DNA from: an uncultured Muribaculaceae bacterium
Lineage (GTDB): Bacteria; Bacteroidota; Bacteroidia; Bacteroidales; Muribaculaceae
NCBI GenBank assembly: GCA_904501735.1
Contig: CAJGBY010000005.1
Coordinates: 27,660-91,659 of the forward strand
Length of the DNA: 64,000 nucleotides
Direction of reading: 5' to 3'
How positions within the stretch are numbered: position 1 is the first letter of the stretch; each line of letters opens with the position of its first letter. Positions 7,689-16,858 of the stretch are shown one piece after another. The notes under the pieces were generated by a model. It made no database searches and had not been told where the DNA came from. It saw only the letters and a program-made list of their open reading frames with translations. The position numbers were made by a program, and so were the translations under genes.

Positions 7689-9065
7689 CTATTTTTCGTT
7701 CCATAATTTTATGGACTTTACCCCCGATCGCACTTCGAGGTATTCGGTGAGTTTTGTTTGTTCGGTGCTGTTCATCGTTCCATTAAGTTTCACGAAAGCA
7801 ATGTTTACGGTGTCGATGTGTCCGCTATTCACCTCGCAAAACACATTACGGCTCAGTGCAATATCCTTCACCTTGGGGAAAAGGATGCGAATTTCGGGAG
7901 CCAGTTGAGGCGAAAGTCGTTCAAATTCCGATTCGCGCGCCAATACCATCTTGAGTGAGTCGATTTGCTCGGCTTGGTTAGCAATTCGTTTTTGGTTGTC
8001 GGCGTAAATCTCGTTAAACATCGACGATGTGATAGCTTTTGAGTCGAGCACATTATTAGCATCGATCGACACGCCCTGTTGAATGGTTAACGAAGCACCA
8101 CGAAGCCATCGATTTTCGTCCATACGCTGAGTCATAGCTATGCGTAACGAATCCACATTGATACGCTCACCGATGAGCGTAACCTTGATGAATTTTTTGC
8201 CGTGTCGCACTCCTGCGTCCTTACTTAGCACTTGAGCGTTGGGAAAAACAAATTGCGTGTTGATAAAACTATTTGCGCTACTGATAAAGTAGCTGTCGCG
8301 CACCATTGTGAAAGTGAGCCACACACTCGGCAATAAAGTTGCAACAATAATAGCAGCAACATAATGTTTCACCTTGTTCTTTATTGCTTCGTTCACGAAA
8401 GTGCGTTGCTTGAAGTGTAAAAATTTCACTCCCACAGTGGTGGCATAGCCTATAAAGATGGAATTTATGAGGAAAAGGTAGAATGCGCCAAAGAAATATT
8501 GCAATTGCCATGTAGCTAATCCGTATCCCGCAGTACACAGTGGAGGCATAAGAGCCGTTGCTATGGCCACGCCAGGTATTACATTGCCCTTTTTCTTGCA
8601 TGCCAGAGCCACGATACCAGCCAATCCACCGAAGAAGCCTATCATCACATCGTAGATGGTGGGCGATGTGCGCGCCAATAGTTCGGAACGCCCTTCGCTC
8701 ACTGGCGAAATGAGGAAAAACAATGTAGAAGCAAGCACACTGAAAGTTGCAGCAATGGCAAGGTTGCGAAACGAGCGCTTGATGAGGTCGAAATCATACA
8801 CACCCAGTCCAAATCCCATGCCAAGAATAGGACCCATGAGAGGCGAAATGAGCATTGCGCCTATGATTACCGCTGCCGAGTTGGTGTTAAGCCCAAGGGA
8901 GGCGATAAAAATGGCAATAATTAGGATTATAATATTAGACCCTTTGAACGACACTCCGTCCATCACAGCTTGCACAGCCGTTTGCTCGTCGTCGAGTTCG
9001 TCGTGAAGGTCAAAATACCCCTTTATGAAGTCTTTTGCCCTATGAAATAAGTTGTCGTTGTTCAT
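7689..9065 (-). CDS. DUF389-family integral membrane protein
   Basis: Multiple TM helices carry the typical DUF389 strings MLISPLMGPI, GFFGGLAGIVA and ALMPPLCTAGYGLA, followed by a C-terminal soluble extension. Confidence 0.75.
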   Translation of the reverse strand: MNNDNLFHRAKDFIKGYFDLHDELDDEQTAVQAVMDGVSFKGSNIIILIIAIFIASLGLNTNSAAVIIGAMLISPLMGPILGMGFGLGVYDFDLIKRSFRNLAIAATFSVLASTLFFLISPVSEGRSELLARTSPTIYDVMIGFFGGLAGIVALACKKKGNVIPGVAIATALMPPLCTAGYGLATWQLQYFFGAFYLFLINSIFIGYATTVGVKFLHFKQRTFVNEAIKNKVKHYVAAIIVATLLPSVWLTFTMVRDSYFISSANSFINTQFVFPNAQVLSKDAGVRHGKKFIKVTLIGERINVDSLRIAMTQRMDENRWLRGASLTIQQGVSIDANNVLDSKAITSSMFNEIYADNQKRIANQAEQIDSLKMVLARESEFERLSPQLAPEIRILFPKVKDIALSRNVFCEVNSGHIDTVNIAFVKLNGTMNSTEQTKLTEYLEVRSGVKSIKLWNEK

Positions 9066-9316
9066 ATTTTTGTAGCATTAACTGTTGTATAAACACCCAA
9101 GAGTCATAAAAATATCTCTTTGAGCAAAAAAATAGTTGGCAAAGGCTTAAGTGGCTATCTCACATTGTTAAGCAATTGAAAATTGGGGTAATTAATTGTC
9201 GGTTTTTTTGCTTATTTGGGAAAGTCTTGCCAATTTTGCAGAAAATATTGGATATTTAATGATTAAAAGCTGCGAGGGCGCGTCCTAATGGGTGTGTCTT
9301 GTGTGGCATATTTGCT

Positions 9317-10114
9317 ATGAATAAGACTTATAAAGGATTTTGGTTGATACTGTTGGTGTCGTTTGTGTTGTTCTTTACACTTTCGGCATTTGACTCATTC
9401 AAAATAGGAGGCATGGAGCTTAAAACATCGGGAATGATAGATCGCTTGACGCGAGTGCCCGAAGGTGTGGAAGCAGAAATTGAGACAGAGCAGGTGAGTG
9501 CCAGTGTGGTGGAAGAAAAGAAGCCACGCGTGATAGACGAAACACCTCAAACAATACTTTTCGTGGGCGACTCGATGCTCGAAGGATTATATCCTCGATT
9601 GGCTGCCTATGCTGCCGAGAATGGCCACACATTGTACTCGGTGATATGGTATAGCTCAACATCGGAAGTGTGGGGTAATTCGACCAAACTTGCCGAATAT
9701 ATCGAGAAGTGCAAGCCAACATATATTTTTGTGTCGCTTGGTGCAAATGAGCTATTTGTGAAGAATATAGCCGAAAAGCGCGATAAATATGTGAAAAATA
9801 TCTTGTCGCAGATAGGTAACATACCATTTGTGTGGATAGGTCCTCCAAACTGGAAACCCGACACAGGTATAAACGACCTTGTGGCGAAGAATGTGAAGCG
9901 TTGCGAAAATGGTTCGTTCTTCGTGTCGAATGGAATGCACTTTGATCGTGCAAAAGATGGAGCGCATCCTACTCGCAAGTCGGCTCGCGCATGGATGGAT
10001 AGTGTGGCACGCTGGATGCCAGCCAATGCAGCTCATCCTATCAAGATGAATCTGCCTAAGGTGGAAACAGCTAAGGCGAAGCGCGTGTTTATGCATCAAC
10101 CTAATGAAAAATAG
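9317..10114 (+). CDS. SGNH/GDSL-type hydrolase or acyl-esterase partner of the MBOAT protein
   Basis: The listed ORF starts at TTG 9299; the first ATG is 9317 (MNKTYKGFWLILLVSFVLFF = signal anchor). ILFVGDSMLEG is the GDS block and SLGANE is the block III-like motif. The MBOAT gene follows 19 nt downstream. Confidence 0.65.
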   Translation: MNKTYKGFWLILLVSFVLFFTLSAFDSFKIGGMELKTSGMIDRLTRVPEGVEAEIETEQVSASVVEEKKPRVIDETPQTILFVGDSMLEGLYPRLAAYAAENGHTLYSVIWYSSTSEVWGNSTKLAEYIEKCKPTYIFVSLGANELFVKNIAEKRDKYVKNILSQIGNIPFVWIGPPNWKPDTGINDLVAKNVKRCENGSFFVSNGMHFDRAKDGAHPTRKSARAWMDSVARWMPANAAHPIKMNLPKVETAKAKRVFMHQPNEK

Positions 10115-10133
10115 TGTGAGGGAGGCTTAAGAA

Positions 10134-11600
10134 ATGGAGTATTTGTGGCATAATATATGTGAACTGTTCTCGTATCAGAAAGATGCACCAATGATTTTCT
10201 CGTCGGGAATCTTTTGGGTGATTTTTTTGATGTTTTTGCCAATATATGCAGCATTGAAGGATAAGCGCAAGCAGATGCTTGTGTTTGTGGTAGCATTCAG
10301 TTTGTACTTTTATTACAAATCGAGTGGATTGTTCTTCTTGCTGTTGGTATGTACCTCGTTGCTCGACTGGACATTGTCGCGCGTGTTGGTGAAACTGCGC
10401 TCAAAAGCGGCACAAAAGCTATGTGTGGCTGTGTCGGTTGTAACATCGTTGAGCATATTAGGTTATTTTAAGTATGCTAATTTCTTCCTATGGAACTGGA
10501 ATGAGATGGTGGGAGGCAATTTTCAGCCGCTCGACATCATATTGCCTGTGGGAATTTCGTTCTACACATTCCAGTCGATAAGCTATATCGTAGATGTGTA
10601 TAAGGGTAGAGTTCAACCCACTTCGTCATGGCTTGAATATGCATTTTTCCTATCGTTCTTCCCTGCGCTGGTGGCAGGTCCTATAGTGCGTGCCGATTAT
10701 TTCATTCCACAAATCAAGGAAAATCGTAGTGCGACACGCGATGAGGTGTATTTCGGCTTTTGGCTCATTATACTCGGTATCATAAAGAAGTCGCTTATTG
10801 CCGACTACATTTCGCAATATAACGACTTGATATTCTCGTCGCCAACAGGTTACACAGGCTTCGAGAGCCTTATGGGTGTGATAGGTTACACAATGCAAAT
10901 CTATTGCGACTTCTCGGGTTATTCTGATATGGCAATAGGTATAGCGTTGATTATGGGCTTCAAGCTAAGTGCAAACTTCGATTTTCCATATAAATCGACC
11001 AACCTCACTGAATTTTGGCGTAGATGGCACATCTCGCTATCGTCGTGGTTGCGCGATTATGTGTATATCCCACTTGGCGGTAACCGTAAAGGCACAGCTC
11101 GCACTTATATCAACAATTTCTTGACGATGCTTATAGGTGGATTGTGGCATGGTGCAGCATGGAAATTTGTGTTTTGGGGTGCAATGCATGGCGCAGGCTT
11201 GGCAGTGCATAAAGCATCGAAACCATGGCTCGACAGATTGCCTAATAATTGGCTTGTGCGATCGGTGTCGTGGATTGTAACAATGGTGTTTGTGTCGTTC
11301 TTGTGGGTATTCTTCCGTGCCGATTCGTGGACCGATTCGTGGTTGATTGTAAAAAATATTGTTACTAATTTCAATTTCGCCTACATACCAGTGTTTATGC
11401 AAGTGCGCTATGTGTGGTGCATAATGATGGCTGTGATAATGGTGGCTCATGCAGTGCCATCGCGTTGGTGGACATCGTTGGGCAATATTTTTGTGCGTTC
11501 ACATTGGGTAGTGAAACTGGTTGTGTTTGTGGTGGTAGTGCAATTAGTGATACAATTCATGAGTGAAGAAGTGTCGCCATTCATATACTTCCAATTTTAG
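10134..11600 (+). CDS. MBOAT-family membrane-bound O-acyltransferase (AlgI/DltB/PatA-like)
   Basis: About 10 TM helices. Family motifs are present: FWRRWHISLSSWLRDYVYIPLGGNR and GGLWHGAAW (catalytic His region). Confidence 0.9.
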   Translation: MEYLWHNICELFSYQKDAPMIFSSGIFWVIFLMFLPIYAALKDKRKQMLVFVVAFSLYFYYKSSGLFFLLLVCTSLLDWTLSRVLVKLRSKAAQKLCVAVSVVTSLSILGYFKYANFFLWNWNEMVGGNFQPLDIILPVGISFYTFQSISYIVDVYKGRVQPTSSWLEYAFFLSFFPALVAGPIVRADYFIPQIKENRSATRDEVYFGFWLIILGIIKKSLIADYISQYNDLIFSSPTGYTGFESLMGVIGYTMQIYCDFSGYSDMAIGIALIMGFKLSANFDFPYKSTNLTEFWRRWHISLSSWLRDYVYIPLGGNRKGTARTYINNFLTMLIGGLWHGAAWKFVFWGAMHGAGLAVHKASKPWLDRLPNNWLVRSVSWIVTMVFVSFLWVFFRADSWTDSWLIVKNIVTNFNFAYIPVFMQVRYVWCIMMAVIMVAHAVPSRWWTSLGNIFVRSHWVVKLVVFVVVVQLVIQFMSEEVSPFIYFQF

Positions 11601-11656
11601 GCAAATGTTAGTTGAAGAAGTGTAAAAATCGGTGAAAAGACGAAAACAATAGAATT

Positions 11657-11746
11657 ATGGACAAACATAGATTTGATAAGATATATATTGCGCTCACAGT
11701 CATCATAGTGTTGGCAGTGGCGATACTTATTTGGAATAATAAGTGA
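11657..11746 (+). CDS. Possible 29-aa single-TM micropeptide downstream of the MBOAT gene
   Basis: ATG 11657 ... TGA 11744-11746 encodes MDKHRFDKIYIALTVIIVLAVAILIWNNK, with one clean hydrophobic helix. It is too short for the ORF track and has no other support. Confidence 0.25.
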   Translation: MDKHRFDKIYIALTVIIVLAVAILIWNNK

Positions 11747-11830
11747 AATTGTGTATTTTTGTGCAAAAATATAGGCAAAAGGGCGTTGATTTAAGGTTTT
11801 TCGCCCGATTGTCGGCTAAAGAGATATTAT

Positions 11831-12967
11831 ATGGCAATTGTAATCAAACAAATTTCAACTACTAACAGCGAACTTGAAAAGTTTGTTGATTTTGGTATCA
11901 ACCTTTATAAAGGCAATCCTTACTATGTTCCAGCGCTTGTGATGGACGAAATAGGCACACTATCGCCAAAGAAAAATCCAGCATTCGATTTCTGTGAATC
12001 AGCTTATTTCATGGCATACGATGAAGCTACAGGCAAGCCAGTGGGACGCATCGCAGGTATTATCAATAATGTTACCAACAAAAAATATAACGAACGCCAT
12101 GTGCGCTTCGGATTTGTTGATTTTATCGACGATAAAGAGGTGAGTAAGGCGCTTATCGGTGCTGTAGAAAACTGGGGTAAGTCAAAAGGTATGGACACTA
12201 TTGTAGGTCCTCTTGGCTTCACTGATATGGATCCAGAAGGTATGCTTATCGAAGGTTTCGACCAAGTGGGTACAATGGCAACTATCTATAACTATCCTTA
12301 TTATCCTCAACATCTTGAGGCTCTTGGCTTCGAACAAGAAATCGACTGGATGGAATTCAAGATTATGATTCCTAATTCTATCCCTGAAAAGATGGCTCGC
12401 ATTGCCGACATCGTTCGTAAGAAGTACAAACTATCAACTCCAAAATATACAAGCGCAAAGAAGCTTATTGCCGACTATGGTGAAGCAATCTTTACACTTA
12501 TCAACGAGGCTTACGACCCTCTATATGGCTATTCACCACTTACACAAAAGCAAATCGACCACTACATCAAGATGTATGTGCCAATTTTGCGTCTTGAAAA
12601 TGTGTGTTTGATCACTGAAGAAAGTGGCGAATTGATCGGTGTGGGTATCACATTGCCTTCAATGTCGAAAGCTTTGCAAAAGTCGGGCGGACGCCTATTC
12701 CCATTCGGATGGTGGCACATGCTTAAGGCTTTGCGTGGCAAGAACGAGATTGTGGACTTGATGCTTGTGGCTGTTAAGCCTGAATATCAAAGCAAGGGTG
12801 TGAATGCATTGCTATTCACTGAACTTATCCCTGCATTCAATGGCAATGGTTATGTGTATGCCGAAAGTAACCCAGAGCTTGAATTGAACCAAAAGGTACA
12901 ATCACAATGGCAATACTTTGACACTACTCAACACAAACGCCGCCGCGCTTTCAAGAAGAAAATCTAA
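11831..12967 (+). CDS. GNAT-fold acyltransferase-like protein (function unknown)
   Basis: 378 aa. RIAGIINN...HVRFGFVDFIDD, PLGFTDMDPEGMLIEGFD and LVAVKPEYQSKGVNALL (Q/RxxGxG/A-like acyl-CoA loop) resemble a conserved Bacteroidota family usually annotated as GNAT N-acetyltransferase. Confidence 0.5.
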   Translation: MAIVIKQISTTNSELEKFVDFGINLYKGNPYYVPALVMDEIGTLSPKKNPAFDFCESAYFMAYDEATGKPVGRIAGIINNVTNKKYNERHVRFGFVDFIDDKEVSKALIGAVENWGKSKGMDTIVGPLGFTDMDPEGMLIEGFDQVGTMATIYNYPYYPQHLEALGFEQEIDWMEFKIMIPNSIPEKMARIADIVRKKYKLSTPKYTSAKKLIADYGEAIFTLINEAYDPLYGYSPLTQKQIDHYIKMYVPILRLENVCLITEESGELIGVGITLPSMSKALQKSGGRLFPFGWWHMLKALRGKNEIVDLMLVAVKPEYQSKGVNALLFTELIPAFNGNGYVYAESNPELELNQKVQSQWQYFDTTQHKRRRAFKKKI

Positions 12968-12995
12968 TAGTACACGCGGAGCGTGGTGACATAAT

Positions 12996-13033
12996 AAAAA
13001 GGCAATCATTCATTGAATGGTTGCCTTTTTCGG
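12996..13033. terminator. Bidirectional rho-independent terminator
   Basis: AAGGCAATCATTC (12999-13011) pairs with GAATGGTTGCCTT (13015-27), flanked by an A-run and a T-run. It lies between convergent genes ending at 12967 and 13052. Confidence 0.8.
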
Positions 13034-13051
13034 TTTTATACTTGTGAGTAT

Positions 13052-13522
13052 TTAGAATTCTTCGAAGCTGAGAGGTAGGAGGCTGCGAATGCCTTGTAGC
13101 TTGTACACTTTGTTGCGTCCTGCAAGAAGGATTTCGATAGGTTGACCTCCGAGTTTTTCGTATTCAAGGATTGCTTGGCGGCAAGCTCCACATGGTGAGA
13201 TAGGTTCTTCGATGAACTCGCCATCGGTGAATGCTGCGATAGCTAATTTGCAAAATCTTACGCCTGGGAAGCGTGCGCTTGCATAGAAGATAGTGGTGCG
13301 TTCGGCACAAGTACCGCTTGGGAAAGCAGCATTTTCTTGGTTAGAGCCTGAGATAGTTTCGCCATTTTCGAGCAGAACAGCAGCGCCCACATTGAACTTG
13401 CTATAAGGAGCATAAGATGTTTCGGTAGCTTTTTTAGCTTGTTCCACCAAGTTGCGATCGGTTTCGTTCAATTCGTCGTATGAATAAACCTCTATTTTAG
13501 TTGTAACGATTTTATTTTCCAT
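13052..13522 (-). CDS. cdd: Cytidine deaminase
   Basis: CAERTTIF (zinc ligand HAE/CAE motif) and PCGACRQ motifs are present, and 156 aa is the typical size. Confidence 0.9.
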   Translation of the reverse strand: MENKIVTTKIEVYSYDELNETDRNLVEQAKKATETSYAPYSKFNVGAAVLLENGETISGSNQENAAFPSGTCAERTTIFYASARFPGVRFCKLAIAAFTDGEFIEEPISPCGACRQAILEYEKLGGQPIEILLAGRNKVYKLQGIRSLLPLSFEEF

Positions 13523-13719
13523 ATAATCAAAAGAGTTTTCGCAAATTTATTGATATTTTTTCAAAAAACAATCGCTGAGGCGCTTTTTTGTGCGTTTACA
13601 GCCGTTTTAAACGATTTGGCGAAGGTTTTCTTGGTTGAGGAGTCGAATGCCCGTAAAGATGCGCAAAATGAGCCACAGGAGGCGTTTGTCTATTCTTGAG
13701 AGAAAAGGAGAGGTAGATA

Positions 13720-13761
13720 CAAAAAAGAAGATGCGAATAGAATCACTTCTGTCGCATCTTC
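13720..13761 (-). terminator. Terminator of the OMP gene
   Basis: GAAGATGCGA (13727-36) pairs with TCGCATCTTC (13752-61). On the minus strand the hairpin is followed by TTTTTTGT. Confidence 0.65.
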
Positions 13762-13816
13762 AACATAAAACCAAAAAAATTATGAGTGTATTAATCTTTG
13801 TTGTAAGTTATAGTTA

Positions 13817-16753
13817 TTATCGTCTACCACCTCGTCCGCCAGGACCAAATCCACCGTAGTTGCGAGCGCCAGCAGGAAGGTCGCTGTTAGAACCGAATGT
13901 ATTGAAACGGTAGGCAAAAGTGAACATTGCATAGCGAGTGAGCGTGTTGTATTCGCTATCTTGGATGTAGTTGGCAGTTACACTGCGTGAGATGTTCTTC
14001 TTTTGTCCCAAGATGTCGTAGATGCGTGCTGTGATAGACGCTTGACGACCCTTTAGGAATTCGTAAGACACAGCAGCGTTCCATAGCCATTGTTCAGTGT
14101 CGTAACCATCTGAATAACCCTTAGATGCGCTGAAGTTGAGGTCGGTGTTGACTGATAGACCGAAAGGTAGAGTCAAGTTACCATTCACCATACCGCCATA
14201 TCGATGCACTGTAAGGTCGTTTTGAGTCTTCACAGTGTTGTGAGTGGTTTGAATGTTGTAGTTAGGACGAAGTTGGATTTCCAACAAGTCGGAACGGAAA
14301 GTCAAACCAGGCGATACATTCACCGATAGCGAACCACTGCGGTTGTATTCTTGGTTGTTGTAACCCACAGTGCTTGAGTAGCGAGTGTTGAGGTGAGAAG
14401 AGAAATAGAACTTCTTGTTAGGCAATGGAACACTAATCATACCCATTGCAAACGCATTCCATACACCATTCACATTACCGTAAGTAGTGATTTGTCCCCC
14501 TGTTTCGCGATTATAGTCGGTCATAGAGATGATGCTGTTAAGAGTGTATTGAGCATTAGCCATCAACATGATACTGCGTTGCGCTTGTTGGTTGAAGTCG
14601 TTGAAACGCACATTGAAGCGTTGAGTGAACGAAGGCTTCAAGTTAGGGTTACCTTGAACGATGCGCAAAGGATTCGACATGTCGGCAACTGGTTGAAGTT
14701 GGTTGATCGAAGGTTGGCTTGTGTTTGCGCGATAGTTAAGTTGCAAAGAGCGTGACTTTGACATCTTGAAGCGAACGCGAGCATAAGGCGCCACATTCCA
14801 CACCCAACGAGTAGGGATACTCTTGTCGGCATTGGTCAAGTTCCTGCTGCTCGACATTGAAGGGTTCAAAGACAAACCAGCCGAAGCATTAAGGTCCTTA
14901 GTAACCTTGCGCACACCTACTTCCAAAGTTTGAGAGAAGAAGTTGTTGCGGAATTGGTTGCTATCGTCTTGATTTAGCACTGGGTTGCCCATTGCCAATT
15001 CGTCGTCGAGTAATTGTTGAAGCAATACAGGGTTGGTGAGTGCAAATGATGTGTAGTTTTCCTTGATGTAGTTGATAACATCGGCACTACCAAGTAGATA
15101 GTTGTATCGTTGAATCTTGCGAGCTTCGTCGCTTAGTTGAGTGTTGCCATTGTAAGGCACATCATAAACGAGCTTGTCGGCGTTGTTGAAACGATAGTTA
15201 GCACGATAAGACACATCGAGGAATAGAGCCTTCTTGATGTCGCCAAGAGGTTCGGTCCAAGTCAGACGACCTTGGATATTGTTGTTCCAACGGTGGTTAT
15301 CGTCGATTTGGCTGATGATTTGAAGAGAGTCATCATATAGGTAGTAGCGGTTTTCAGTAAGCGTGTTGCCATCTTCTTGTGTATCGCTGAAGTTGTAGCG
15401 TGCTTGCATACTGAAACTGCGACCAGGGTGCGATTTCACTTTGTGGTTGTACACGATTTGACCACCGAAGTTGTAGCTCTTACCTTCAGAGTTGTCGCGC
15501 TTGTAGCTGTAGTTCACATCGCGCATGTGTCCGTCGAAAGTGCGAGTAGAATCGATCTTGTTTGATTCGTTGAAGTTCAAAGAGAAGTTAGGACGGAATT
15601 CAAGAGTGTTGAATGAGTCCACTTCCCACTTCAAACGGAAATTACCGTTGAAGTTGTGGCTATTGTCTCGGCTGATGTTGCGAGAGTTACTATAAGAAGT
15701 AGAGTCAACAAATAGATATTGCTTGTCGTTGCGGTTGCGAGAGTCTTGGTCGCTGTGAGAATACATCAAGTGACCACCAGCGCGGAATTTTTCGCTGTCT
15801 TTGCTACCTACATTGAAGTTGAAACCAATGTTTTGGTTGGTGTTGATACCTCTATTACCACCGAAACGAGCAAATTGAGAAGCTGCGCCGTTGGTGAATC
15901 CCATATTGTTGGTGTTGTTGGCACCACCAAGGATTGTGAATTGGTCGCCATCGCTGAAACGGTTCACCATGAAGTTGGCTTCGTAGCGATCGTTTGTACC
16001 ATAACCAGCCGATACATTGCCAAACCAACCGTTGTTCATGCCCTTCTTAACCGAAAGGTTGATAACTGTTTCGTCTTCACCATCGTCAACACCAGTGAGT
16101 CGAGCAAGGTCTGATTTGCGGTCAACCACTTGCACTTTGTCGACAATGTTGACAGGAAGGTTTTTAGTACCCACCTTAGTGTCGTCGGCAAAAAATTCCT
16201 TACCATCGACAAGGATCTTAGTAACTTCCTTACCGTTGGCAGTGATCTTACCGTCGCTATCCACTTCTACACCAGGCAAACGCTTCAAAAGGTCTTCCAC
16301 AACGGCATTAGGTTGTGTCTTGTAAGAGTCGGCGTTATATTCTACGGTGTCTTCTTTTACCACGATTTCAGTTTTTACGCCAGTTACCACAGCTTCCTTA
16401 AGCATGATAGAGCTTGGTTCGAGCGCAAGATCTCCAAGTTTCATGTTGCGGCTATCTTTAGCCACAGTAACATTTTTGTTTACATTCTTGTAACCGATAT
16501 AAGAAATAGACACAATGTAGCGACCTTGTCCCACGCCAGTGAGCCAGAAGTTACCATCTTCGTCGGTACTTACACCTTTTACAAGAGAACTATCTCTGTT
16601 GGCCTTAAGCAACTTCACAGTAGCGCCAGCCAAACCCGATTTGTCGTTAGAATCAACAGCGCGTCCACTAATATTGATTGCCGACGCAGTTGAGAGTAGA
16701 AATGCCATTACGGCACAGACAAAAACACTTAAATTTCTATAATTTGTAGTCAT
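13817..16753 (-). CDS. Large outer-membrane beta-barrel protein with N-terminal carboxypeptidase-regulatory-like domain (TonB-dependent-receptor-like)
   Basis: The start is taken at ATG 16753 (MTTNYRNLSVFVCAVMAFLLSTASA = signal peptide). INISGRAVDSNDKSGLAGATVKLL...GNFWLTGVGQGRYIVSISYIGY is a CarboxypepD_reg-like domain, followed by a plug-like region (VVTGVK...) and a long alternating beta-strand region. There is an unusual G/R-rich tail. Confidence 0.8.
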   Translation of the reverse strand: MTTNYRNLSVFVCAVMAFLLSTASAINISGRAVDSNDKSGLAGATVKLLKANRDSSLVKGVSTDEDGNFWLTGVGQGRYIVSISYIGYKNVNKNVTVAKDSRNMKLGDLALEPSSIMLKEAVVTGVKTEIVVKEDTVEYNADSYKTQPNAVVEDLLKRLPGVEVDSDGKITANGKEVTKILVDGKEFFADDTKVGTKNLPVNIVDKVQVVDRKSDLARLTGVDDGEDETVINLSVKKGMNNGWFGNVSAGYGTNDRYEANFMVNRFSDGDQFTILGGANNTNNMGFTNGAASQFARFGGNRGINTNQNIGFNFNVGSKDSEKFRAGGHLMYSHSDQDSRNRNDKQYLFVDSTSYSNSRNISRDNSHNFNGNFRLKWEVDSFNTLEFRPNFSLNFNESNKIDSTRTFDGHMRDVNYSYKRDNSEGKSYNFGGQIVYNHKVKSHPGRSFSMQARYNFSDTQEDGNTLTENRYYLYDDSLQIISQIDDNHRWNNNIQGRLTWTEPLGDIKKALFLDVSYRANYRFNNADKLVYDVPYNGNTQLSDEARKIQRYNYLLGSADVINYIKENYTSFALTNPVLLQQLLDDELAMGNPVLNQDDSNQFRNNFFSQTLEVGVRKVTKDLNASAGLSLNPSMSSSRNLTNADKSIPTRWVWNVAPYARVRFKMSKSRSLQLNYRANTSQPSINQLQPVADMSNPLRIVQGNPNLKPSFTQRFNVRFNDFNQQAQRSIMLMANAQYTLNSIISMTDYNRETGGQITTYGNVNGVWNAFAMGMISVPLPNKKFYFSSHLNTRYSSTVGYNNQEYNRSGSLSVNVSPGLTFRSDLLEIQLRPNYNIQTTHNTVKTQNDLTVHRYGGMVNGNLTLPFGLSVNTDLNFSASKGYSDGYDTEQWLWNAAVSYEFLKGRQASITARIYDILGQKKNISRSVTANYIQDSEYNTLTRYAMFTFAYRFNTFGSNSDLPAGARNYGGFGPGGRGGRR

Positions 16754-16858
16754 TTTTATGATAAATTTCTTAGTCAATGTACTTTTTTCGATGCAAAGTA
16801 AGCTATAAAGTTTAAAAGTTTTATCTTTGTAGCCGAATTTTTTTTGCATATATCGATA

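Noticed and set aside
13635-13859. 74-aa plus-strand ORF between cdd and the OMP gene
   Set aside because: It spans the OMP terminator hairpin and overlaps the OMP stop. It is Arg/Lys/Pro-rich read-through of non-coding sequence.
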